Source: a candidate division WOR-3 bacterium
Lineage (GTDB): Bacteria; Hydrothermota; Tepidihabitantia; Tepidihabitantales; Tepidihabitantaceae
Length of the DNA: 64,000 nt
Direction: 5' to 3'
NCBI GenBank assembly: GCA_026418295.1
Contig: JAOABP010000006.1
Span: forward strand, 1,024 to 65,023
The notes below the pieces were generated by a model. It saw nothing but the letters and a program-made list of their open reading frames with translations. It ran no database searches and was not told the origin of the DNA. Positions 46,159 to 54,306 of the stretch are shown in pieces (the first letter of the stretch is position 1; each line of letters opens with the position of its first letter). A program made the translations under genes and the position numbers.

Positions 46159-47211
46159 TTAGAATCCGACGGTCAGCATCAGCCGGTGTGCCGGCTTGAT
46201 GTACTGATAATATCGGAAGGAGTAGTCAAGACCGAGTTCCAGTCCTTCTGCCGGTTTTCCCTTGATGCCAACGCCGGCACACAGACCGGTGAGCATTCCC
46301 AGTTTCTGTTGATAGTTCTGGTCAACATTTAGAATATACCCGCCGCGCAGGAAGAGCATTTCTGAGAGTCCGTATTCGAGACCGAAGTTAACCGTTTCGT
46401 TGATATCGGACGGATGAACGATGTCAATTGCTGCTGTCAGCCGGTGCGGGCAGGTCTGAACCAGATCCATTGCCACACCGAACCGGAAAGCAGTGGGGAG
46501 AGGAGCGGGGGTGGTTTTGTAGGAGCCCTGAAGTTGACTCGGTCCGGAGTCAGGCCAGTAGAAGTTATAATCGAGATGCGGACCGGAAAATGACAGCTGA
46601 GTACCGAAGTTGGTAACTGCAGCACCAAGCCGGAGCGATTTGAAGCCGGTGTTATAGAACAGTCCGAGGTCGAGCCCGATTGCCGAGGCACCCATATCCC
46701 AGATGGTCTGCTGGACACCTTTGACCGTGAGGCCGAAGGAGAGCTTGTCAGTAATAATGCGGGCGTAGCTGATTCCAAAGGCGATGTCGTTGGCGCTGAT
46801 CGTAAGCCCGGTACCCTCATCTTCCCGGACCGGTGTCTTCGGGTCATCAACAGTCGTCTGTTCGATTTCTCCCATCGTCAGTGCGTTCGCCCAGATACCC
46901 ACAGTGCCGAAGTTGGTTACTGGCAGGACAACCGTTAGATAGTCATGGTTGAGGTCGGCAAACCAGTTGGCGTGATTTGCCTGTGCCTGGCGCTTGATGT
47001 GTGCCAGACCAGCGGGGTTGAACCAGGTAGCGGAAGCATCGTCCGCAAGTGCAGTAAAGGCATCGCCCATCCCGGAAGCCCGGCCGACACTGATTTTCAG
47101 AAAGTTAGCGCCGGTGGTTGCCACCTTGCTGAAGGCAGCCTGGGCAACCGAAAAGGCGCCTACCAATACAAACAGCAGGCTGATAATGCCGATTTTTAAT
47201 CCTGTTTTCAT
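46159..47211 (-). CDS. PorV/PorQ-family-like outer-membrane beta-barrel
   Basis: 350 aa. Signal peptide, then GANFLKISVGRASGMGDAFTALADDASATWFNPAGLA N-terminal signature. Ends in ...LTVGF (C-terminal Phe). GGGAGG SD. Confidence 0.6.
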   Translation of the reverse strand: MKTGLKIGIISLLFVLVGAFSVAQAAFSKVATTGANFLKISVGRASGMGDAFTALADDASATWFNPAGLAHIKRQAQANHANWFADLNHDYLTVVLPVTNFGTVGIWANALTMGEIEQTTVDDPKTPVREDEGTGLTISANDIAFGISYARIITDKLSFGLTVKGVQQTIWDMGASAIGLDLGLFYNTGFKSLRLGAAVTNFGTQLSFSGPHLDYNFYWPDSGPSQLQGSYKTTPAPLPTAFRFGVAMDLVQTCPHRLTAAIDIVHPSDINETVNFGLEYGLSEMLFLRGGYILNVDQNYQQKLGMLTGLCAGVGIKGKPAEGLELGLDYSFRYYQYIKPAHRLMLTVGF

Positions 47212-47223
47212 CTCTGCCTCCCT

Positions 47224-50106
47224 TTAATGGATGAACATGAACTTGCCCGTATATTCTCCAGCAGGGGACTCAACATGGAAGACGTAGACACCAGACGCGA
47301 TCAGCTGTCCGTAGTCATTGACCAGATCCCAGGTAGCGGTGCCACCTTCATCCAGCGGCTGTTTATTCGTATCACGGTGTTCAATCACCTTTACCAGGTC
47401 GCCGGAGGTGGTATAGATTCTGATCGTGCAGCGGTTGGGCAGATGAGTAAACTTGATCACCCGCTGGTCCGATGTTTTTTCCCAGCCGTTAAATACGATG
47501 TAGGGGTTGGGGACCACTTTGACCTGCAGTTTGCGTTTGGTGGTTGTGTCGGCATAACCGGTGGTGGAGACCAGCCGCAGGATATTGTAGAATGGAGCCG
47601 AACCTTCAGTCCGATGGCCGGTCAGAAGCCAGACATCACCATCCTGAATCGAGTTCAGCAGACTGCGCAGACTGTCGCCCGAGGGCTTCAATCCGAGGTA
47701 ACCGCCGCCGATGTAGATGTTGGCGATCGTGCCTTTCAGGGTGTCGGTTGGAGAGCGGAACAGCCGGTCAACAAAGCACCAGCCGTTGGCGTTCTGCGGT
47801 CCGGTACCGGCGGTGGTGAATTTAGAGAATGGAACTTCAATATTGCCGTTGGTAAGGTCATAGACCTGGGCAGTGAGATAGCCGTCCCGGTTCTTCCATT
47901 CAATCCGGTAGTCAGAACCTCTGAATGCCCAGTATGCCTGTGCCGGTACGCTGCCGACTTTCAGTGATTCCGCCGGATAACTGCCACTGAGCACACTCAC
48001 CGCATCAAAAGGTGTGGCAGGGATTTTCATGTTCATGACCATTTTCAGCCCGATACCGTTGATTACCGGCAGGTTGATTACCATCTTCTTTGCCGGCGAG
48101 GCGATTTCATAGACGAAGGATGTGGTGTCGACTACGAGTGAATCATTACGGCTGGTATTGACGACATAATAGGAGTATCTGGGTTTTGAGGTGGAACCGG
48201 ACCATTGAGGACCGAGGAACCGGATTTCGTAGACATCGCTATTAACCAAGAACGGAACCGCAACCGTGGTTGTGCAGGACAGCGCGCTGTTTAATGTGTC
48301 GCCTGCCACTTTGACGATTCGGGCTTCGGGGAAGATATAGTTAGGGGCATCCCAGCGGGGGACAGTGGAGAAGTTGGAGACAATTCCGGAGCGGAGAATC
48401 AGCGTATCCCAGGCGATCGGTTGACCCTGAGCATTGGTGTCGGTTGTAACATAATTCCAGTCGTAGGCGGTAACGCAATAGTAATAGGTGAAACCGTTGA
48501 TCACATTTTTATCCAGCAGTGTGTAGTAGATGCCGGAGTCGGTTGCCTTGATCCAGAGACTGTCGGGAAGTGTGGAGTCGCCCCCCGGAGGATAAGTGAA
48601 GGTGATGGAATCAGCCAGGTCGCACTGTCCGATAATTTGCCAGTTTGCACCATCGCGCGACTTGTAAATGATATAGCCTTGGAAGTCGTAACCGCGATAC
48701 ATCGGGTCATAACCCGGTTCCCCACGTCGGCTTGCTACCTTTTCCCAGTAGCGATCCGGAGTCCTTTCCGGCAGATCATCCCAGACGATCCGCACCTGTT
48801 TGTCCCCGGGAACCAGAATGATATTGGGAGCGACCGGAGGTCCGGGCAGGAGCCATCCTTGGTCAAAGATGAACTGGGCGGAGTTTGCTACCTTGGCAAG
48901 GTGAACCAGTGAGTCTTTGGGGCGATCTGCCCAGGGCTGGTTCGCTCCGCCAAATGGAGCACCGATTGCAGCAACAACGAGCCGTTCTACCTGTCCGGGG
49001 GCGAGGTTGAATGGACCGGAGCACATGATGAAGCGCTTGTCTGCAGGTGAGACATCAACTGAATCATATGCGGAGTAGACACCAGTGCGATAGTCGTAAC
49101 CGGCCATAGTCAGATACTGGGCAGGGTCAGTGACCGGGTCGATGTCAATCGTGAATTTCTTGAATGCGGTCATGCCCAGCGGTACTTTAATTGTGTCTCC
49201 TTCCGGAGTGATTGAGTCGCGTTTGGGGCTGTCGAGGAACTTGTAGGCAAAGACACCGGGTGTGCCCGCTTCCCAGGTTGTTCCCGGACTTTCGTTGTTG
49301 TCGTAGTCACCAGCATAACCGACATTGCGTACCCAGCCGGCGCCCGGGATGGAGTCGTAGAGAATGAAGCCAACCATGTCGTCAGTGGCGTTGCCGATGT
49401 CCGGATCCATGACCGCACCGATGAAGCACCTTTTGAGCGTGTCGGTTCCAGAGTTGCGGACATTGTAGATTATGAAGAAGATATCCTGATTGGAAGGGTA
49501 GTTCCAGGCATAGACCACCTGATAGACATCAATGTTCTGGGGCTTGCCCGGCGCGATGTGATTTTCCGGAGCACCGTCCGAGTAGACACACCACATGTCC
49601 TGTAGTGAGAATGCCTCATAAGGAATAAGCACGCTGTCCAGTTTCGGATCGCCAGTCTGCCAGCGGTCACGCGGATCCGGGGGCCAGTCGTTCGGATAGA
49701 CGAAGATCCGGTCTTCAGCAGCACCAGCTCCTTCAGGAGCATGGGCAACTGTGGTTGGCGTCATTTCCGTTCCACCGGAATTGGGGTTGTAGCCAAACGA
49801 GACGAGTGTGTCAATTTTTTCATCCGCACGGGGTTTTAATGAGCCGAACCACATACCAGCACCAAAGATGTAGCAGTTGTGGAGCGGCTGGGGCCAGGAA
49901 CCGCCCGCCTGACCGGTGCCGACCGTAACATCAATTCCGTAGCGGCCGTCGTTGTAGAACGGACACTTCCAGCGGTTGATGTTCAGCCATTTCATATCAT
50001 AGATCCGCTTGCCCGATTTCAGCGGGGTGGCGGATCTGGCAAGCACCGGTGTAAGAAGCGCCAGCAACAGCAGGCTGGCGATGGTTAAATTAAGCAGTTT
50101 CTTCAC
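47224..50106 (-). CDS. 960-aa secreted protein: unassigned conserved N-terminal domain + T9SS C-terminal sorting domain
   Basis: GTG at 50106 lies 4 nt after GGGAGGAAAG and directly after the upstream stop, whereas the ORF-track ATG at 50136 overlaps the upstream gene by 20 nt. Signal peptide present. CTD reads ...KVVPNPY...IRIYTTSGDLVKVI...WDLVNDYGQLIASGVYVFHV. Paralogue at 54307. Confidence 0.6.
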   Translation of the reverse strand: MKKLLNLTIASLLLLALLTPVLARSATPLKSGKRIYDMKWLNINRWKCPFYNDGRYGIDVTVGTGQAGGSWPQPLHNCYIFGAGMWFGSLKPRADEKIDTLVSFGYNPNSGGTEMTPTTVAHAPEGAGAAEDRIFVYPNDWPPDPRDRWQTGDPKLDSVLIPYEAFSLQDMWCVYSDGAPENHIAPGKPQNIDVYQVVYAWNYPSNQDIFFIIYNVRNSGTDTLKRCFIGAVMDPDIGNATDDMVGFILYDSIPGAGWVRNVGYAGDYDNNESPGTTWEAGTPGVFAYKFLDSPKRDSITPEGDTIKVPLGMTAFKKFTIDIDPVTDPAQYLTMAGYDYRTGVYSAYDSVDVSPADKRFIMCSGPFNLAPGQVERLVVAAIGAPFGGANQPWADRPKDSLVHLAKVANSAQFIFDQGWLLPGPPVAPNIILVPGDKQVRIVWDDLPERTPDRYWEKVASRRGEPGYDPMYRGYDFQGYIIYKSRDGANWQIIGQCDLADSITFTYPPGGDSTLPDSLWIKATDSGIYYTLLDKNVINGFTYYYCVTAYDWNYVTTDTNAQGQPIAWDTLILRSGIVSNFSTVPRWDAPNYIFPEARIVKVAGDTLNSALSCTTTVAVPFLVNSDVYEIRFLGPQWSGSTSKPRYSYYVVNTSRNDSLVVDTTSFVYEIASPAKKMVINLPVINGIGLKMVMNMKIPATPFDAVSVLSGSYPAESLKVGSVPAQAYWAFRGSDYRIEWKNRDGYLTAQVYDLTNGNIEVPFSKFTTAGTGPQNANGWCFVDRLFRSPTDTLKGTIANIYIGGGYLGLKPSGDSLRSLLNSIQDGDVWLLTGHRTEGSAPFYNILRLVSTTGYADTTTKRKLQVKVVPNPYIVFNGWEKTSDQRVIKFTHLPNRCTIRIYTTSGDLVKVIEHRDTNKQPLDEGGTATWDLVNDYGQLIASGVYVFHVESPAGEYTGKFMFIH

Positions 50107-50116
50107 CTTTCCTCCC

Positions 50117-52945
50117 TTAGAACGACAGGCTGACACCGAAGCGAATTTTGCGTGAGGGACCGAAATAGGTCGGTGCCTTCACATAATCCTCTCTTGCCCG
50201 CATATAGGACTGATACAGTTCCATCTGTGACAGGTAGCCATCATGATTGAAATCGCGTGCTGGATGATAGTAAAGGTCACCGAAGCGGATTCCCGGCGAG
50301 AACTCCTGAGGTGTGTAAACCCTGCCGTCATAATCAGGCTTGCCGGTGGCAGAGTAGACGCTGGTGACGACCCGGGCGTTGAGGAGGTTGGTGATGTCAC
50401 AGGAAAGCGCCAGGTTGAGACCGCCCAGTTTTATGTCCTTGCCGAAGCGCATATCAATAGTGAAACTTGACGGCATGCGTGCCGAATTATCCGGTCCGGT
50501 GCGGTTGCCGCGGATGTCGGTCGGGGTGTAGGGCAGTCCGGAACCGTAGTTTGCCACTGCTGAGGTGTTGAAGTCCCGCAGGGGGATGAAGATGAAGTCT
50601 GAAGGGAAGGAAAGTCCGATACTGCCGTGGAGCGAGTGGCGCTGGTCCTGATCAAGATAGTAGTCAACCTGGAGCGGTTTTTCACGCTGATACTGATCAG
50701 TTGCGGTAGAAGCGGTGCCCTTGGCAATCTGGAAGGTGTAGCCGAGCTGGGCGTTCCAGTAATTGGAAAGTGCCTTGGTCATCGTTGCCTCAAACCCCTG
50801 GATCCGGGCGTATTCAACATTGTAATACATCGTATAGGGCTGAGGCAGTGCGGAGACAACGCGGACACCGGAAAGGTCAAATACATCCTTGTAGAAGGCG
50901 GTGAGGTCAAAGGCAAAGACATCGGTCAGCTGGGCATCAAAACCGATTTCGTAGGCGATTGTTTTTTCCGCGCTCATATTCGGATTGCCGACGATAATGT
51001 TACCGCGGCCCCGGAGTTCAGCTGCCGGGCGTTCGGCATATTCATAAAGGTTGGCAAATACCGGGTTCTTGAAGAAATGGCCGTAAGAGAAGCGGAATTT
51101 GATGCGTTCGGTAATCGGATAGGAGATACCGAGCCGGGGTGAGAGCCGGAACTTCGGCGGGACTGGCAGGAAGCTGTCAGATATCTCCGGTGTGGAGCCG
51201 AGTGATTCTGGGAATGCCCGGACCCTCGCCTTCGCATCCAGATAGTCAAACCGGATACCGGCGCGCACTACGAGGTCTTCGAAATCAGCCCGGTCTTGAA
51301 CATAGGCGGCTGCCACGAGCGGTTTATAATTGTAGGCATCCCAGAAGGGGTTGGCATCCCAGGGGAGCGAGTTGTCATACATTGAAACTGAGTACTGGGT
51401 GATGTCAACGCCGGTTTTTACTTCATGGACCTTGGAAATCGTCCTGGTCAGGTCAAACTTGAACAGGGCGTGATTTGTCGCCCGGTAATGCCAGACCCGG
51501 TTGTCGCCCTCGGTCACGAACAGTCCTGGTACACCAAGTGGATAATCAAGCAGGGCATAAGCCTGCATGAAGTTTTTCTTCTGTGCCTTGTGGGCATAAA
51601 CTGTGTCGCCATTCGGCGCCAGCCAGTAGGAACGGTAGAGCTGAAGTACCGCTTCCTTTTTGCTCAATCCTTCCGGATTGTTGAATACCCAGTCTTCTGC
51701 CCGGAAGAAATACCGGTCCCAGATGCCGGTTTTGCGCAGAAATCCCCAGAAGCCGGTGGTGTCTGCTGCCTCAGCGTCGAAGTTGCGCACCGTCCGGATG
51801 AGCGAGGTCTGGAAGATGCCGAATTTTGCTTCGTATACGGTGGTCGGGGAGAGCATATGGTTCAGGGTGATGTTGGATTTGTAGCTGCGGACCCGGTTGG
51901 CATACATCGCCTGCAGATAATACTTGTAGGTGTTGGACCAGGTCTGCCACTGATAATTGGAGTGATAGCCATCGATCGTCAATTTCATACCTTCCCGTGT
52001 GAGGAAAAATTCCTTCGGGAACTGCAGGGTGAGTTTGCCTTCGGCCGCATATTCGCCCCGGGGGGCATCCACTTTGTAAAGGCAGTTCCGGTCGTCGTCA
52101 GTTTTGAAGTATTCAGTGGAAATGAAGTAGCGGAGCCGGTTCCAGAAGGTCGGACCGCCGATGGAAAATGTAACCCGGTTATAGCCGAAGTTCAAGTCGG
52201 GTTTTGGGAAAACCTCATCGGTGAGGTAACCGAACTTTCCCGAAGTGCGGTTACCACCTTCCTTCGTTACCGCCTTGATGATGCCGGACATTGCCGAGCC
52301 GTATTCAGCATCAAACCCGCCGGTCACCACCACTACCGATGCCAGTGCGTCGCTCGTCGGTTTGGGACTGGACCAGAGGGTGCCGACAACCGCATCCTGG
52401 GCGGCAACACCATCGACGAGATATGCGACATCGTCGTATCTGCCTCCACGGATATGGGTCCAGCCTCGACCCGCGGTCTGAGTTACACCTGCCTGCAGGC
52501 CGACCAGTTCGGAGAGCTGAACTACTGGCAGTCGCTTGAATTCTTCGTCCGTGATGACCCTTTCGACTGTAACCGTGCCCCGGTTCACCATCGGGCGCTC
52601 CGCCTTTACTTCCACTGTTCCGACTTCAATCGCCGTGGGTGTCAGCTGGAAATCAATCACCGTCACCTGATCCTGCACTACCAGCACATCGGTGACCGTC
52701 ATCTCATTGTAGGAGATATAGGAGGCACTCAGCTTGTATCGGCCCGGGGGGACATTGTTGATTTCATATTCACCGTTGGCGTCAGTTGCCGCGCCCAGTT
52801 CCGTTCCGACGACGATCACATTGGCACCGATTAATGGTTCCCGAGTCCGTTTGTCCATAACTTTTCCCCTGATTCTGCCGACCACACCGGCGAAGGCAGC
52901 CGGAACGGTCAGCAGGAGGATCAGGAAAAGCGTCAATTTCTTCAT
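50117..52945 (-). CDS. TonB-dependent receptor-type outer-membrane barrel with N-terminal carboxypeptidase-regulatory-like domain (SusC/RagA-like architecture)
   Basis: 942 aa. Signal peptide, GRIRGKVMDKRTREPLIGANVIVVGT..GAATDANGEYEINNVPPGRYKL domain, plug-like THIRGGRYDDVAYLVDGV, a long barrel, and terminal ...GVSLSF. Confidence 0.78.
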   Translation of the reverse strand: MKKLTLFLILLLTVPAAFAGVVGRIRGKVMDKRTREPLIGANVIVVGTELGAATDANGEYEINNVPPGRYKLSASYISYNEMTVTDVLVVQDQVTVIDFQLTPTAIEVGTVEVKAERPMVNRGTVTVERVITDEEFKRLPVVQLSELVGLQAGVTQTAGRGWTHIRGGRYDDVAYLVDGVAAQDAVVGTLWSSPKPTSDALASVVVVTGGFDAEYGSAMSGIIKAVTKEGGNRTSGKFGYLTDEVFPKPDLNFGYNRVTFSIGGPTFWNRLRYFISTEYFKTDDDRNCLYKVDAPRGEYAAEGKLTLQFPKEFFLTREGMKLTIDGYHSNYQWQTWSNTYKYYLQAMYANRVRSYKSNITLNHMLSPTTVYEAKFGIFQTSLIRTVRNFDAEAADTTGFWGFLRKTGIWDRYFFRAEDWVFNNPEGLSKKEAVLQLYRSYWLAPNGDTVYAHKAQKKNFMQAYALLDYPLGVPGLFVTEGDNRVWHYRATNHALFKFDLTRTISKVHEVKTGVDITQYSVSMYDNSLPWDANPFWDAYNYKPLVAAAYVQDRADFEDLVVRAGIRFDYLDAKARVRAFPESLGSTPEISDSFLPVPPKFRLSPRLGISYPITERIKFRFSYGHFFKNPVFANLYEYAERPAAELRGRGNIIVGNPNMSAEKTIAYEIGFDAQLTDVFAFDLTAFYKDVFDLSGVRVVSALPQPYTMYYNVEYARIQGFEATMTKALSNYWNAQLGYTFQIAKGTASTATDQYQREKPLQVDYYLDQDQRHSLHGSIGLSFPSDFIFIPLRDFNTSAVANYGSGLPYTPTDIRGNRTGPDNSARMPSSFTIDMRFGKDIKLGGLNLALSCDITNLLNARVVTSVYSATGKPDYDGRVYTPQEFSPGIRFGDLYYHPARDFNHDGYLSQMELYQSYMRAREDYVKAPTYFGPSRKIRFGVSLSF

Positions 52946-53985
52946 TGTCCGCCTCCTTTGACATTAATTGGAATTCCCCAGACGGTGGCGGTCAGTTCTC
53001 CACCCGCATCATAAAGCACGGGGAACGGAATCTGCTCAATATAGAGCCACTGTACTCCGGTCTGATTCAGCTTCAGCCGGCTGCCGGACCAGAGCCGGTA
53101 GCGGGTATTGTTGTAAAAGAGGAAATTCTGAGCATCGGTAACTGCGGTATAGAGCCCGGTTACCCAGACGCTGTCATTCACTGAGTAGGAAAGCAGTCCA
53201 TCCGGATATTCATAGAACCGCTGACAGCCGAAGTGCAGTGTGTCCGGACGCAGGAAGAAGGTGTCAACGCGAACGCCGTTGGTCAGATAGGCTTGAATAA
53301 AATAGGGCGCATCATCAGGGTTGGGAGCGTAGAACCTCGGACCGCCGGTAATCTTCCAGAAGCGCCACTGGCCATTTTCCTTCTTCAGAACGCAGCCATT
53401 GATGACGACACCATTGATCGGTTTCTCTACAATCATTGAGGTGTCGGTGAACAGCGTGTCATGAAATTTCAGCCGGATGGTCTCCGAAGGGGTGATGATG
53501 ATGGAATCGCGGAGAAAACGGGTATATTTGCGGGCGTGCAGTCTTAACAGCCCCGGAATAGTTTCTACGACGGTTACAGTTGCGGTGGTTTCTTTGGAAA
53601 CGGTATCAGCAACGGCGATGAATTTATAAGCCCATTTCCGGCCGGTGCTGTCAAACCAGTGCTGCATCGAGTCGCAGATGTAGCGCTGTTTGAATGCGTT
53701 GTCCTTGATCGCCTTTTTCAGAATCGAGTCCGAGATCAGCCAGTCAAAATACTGGAATCCGGTTTCATTAAAATTAACCGTAAGCAGATTCCGGTTTGCT
53801 TCGATCACCGCGGCGATTGCGGTGCTGTCGGCTGCGCTCGGCTGCCAGATCGCCGGTGGGGGCATGCGGCCGCAACCGGTGAGGGCAATTGTTATCAGCA
53901 GGAAACCGGCAGCCAGAAGAATCAGCCAGTTTCTTCCTGATGCCGGAGGCGCAGCCGGGTGGTTTTTACCAACTATGATCCGCAC
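52942..53985 (-). CDS. hypothetical lipoprotein, first gene of the envelope operon
   Basis: 347 aa. GTG start 6 nt after AAGGAGG. Lipobox ITIALTGC. No domain I recognise. ATGA overlap with the downstream barrel gene. Confidence 0.5.
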   Translation of the reverse strand: MRIIVGKNHPAAPPASGRNWLILLAAGFLLITIALTGCGRMPPPAIWQPSAADSTAIAAVIEANRNLLTVNFNETGFQYFDWLISDSILKKAIKDNAFKQRYICDSMQHWFDSTGRKWAYKFIAVADTVSKETTATVTVVETIPGLLRLHARKYTRFLRDSIIITPSETIRLKFHDTLFTDTSMIVEKPINGVVINGCVLKKENGQWRFWKITGGPRFYAPNPDDAPYFIQAYLTNGVRVDTFFLRPDTLHFGCQRFYEYPDGLLSYSVNDSVWVTGLYTAVTDAQNFLFYNNTRYRLWSGSRLKLNQTGVQWLYIEQIPFPVLYDAGGELTATVWGIPINVKGGGQ

Positions 53986-54085
53986 AGTCTGCCTCCTTTT
54001 ATTTTATTTTATTTTTTCCTGATTTATTAGTCTCGTTGTCTGTCCACATATGCGTTATACCGAAATTAAACTTCGGTTTTGCAGA

Positions 54086-54113
54086 ATATTAACAGAATAC
54101 ATAAACGTGTCAA
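54086..54113 (-). promoter_or_regulatory. candidate promoter (TTGACA-16 nt-TAATAT) for the 53985-44002 operon
   Basis: The minus-strand -35 is at 54108-54113 and the -10 at 54086-54091. This would give a ~95-nt leader ending in an (AAAAT)3 tract and the SD. Confidence 0.3.
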
Positions 54114-54251
54114 AAGGAATGACCCAGCCCTCGGCAGGTCCGAACTCGGATTGGTTATCAATTACCAAGTTATACTAAAATTAGCCAAAGACCGGTCTGT
54201 GTCAAGCAAATCAGGGGTTTGTGCCGATGATAGATAGAGCTTTTGGGCTGA

Positions 54252-54280
54252 TTGACAGAATCGATATTTACCCTTATAAT
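54252..54280 (+). promoter_or_regulatory. perfect-consensus sigma70-type promoter (TTGACA-17 nt-TATAAT) for the 54307 cargo gene
   Basis: TTGACA at 54252-54257 and TATAAT at 54275-54280. AAAGGAGG SD 7 nt before the ATG at 54307. Confidence 0.55.
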
Positions 54281-54306
54281 TTCCCGGGCAGCGAAAGGAG
54301 GTTTTT

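Noticed and set aside
51425-52834. 469-aa ORF on the + strand, the longest unexplained ORF in the track.
   Set aside because: It is fully nested antisense to the TonB-dependent barrel gene, whose own translation has clear domain structure. Its translation is low-complexity (R/G/P/V-rich), and it has no SD or promoter. This is a typical shadow ORF of a GC-skewed coding frame.
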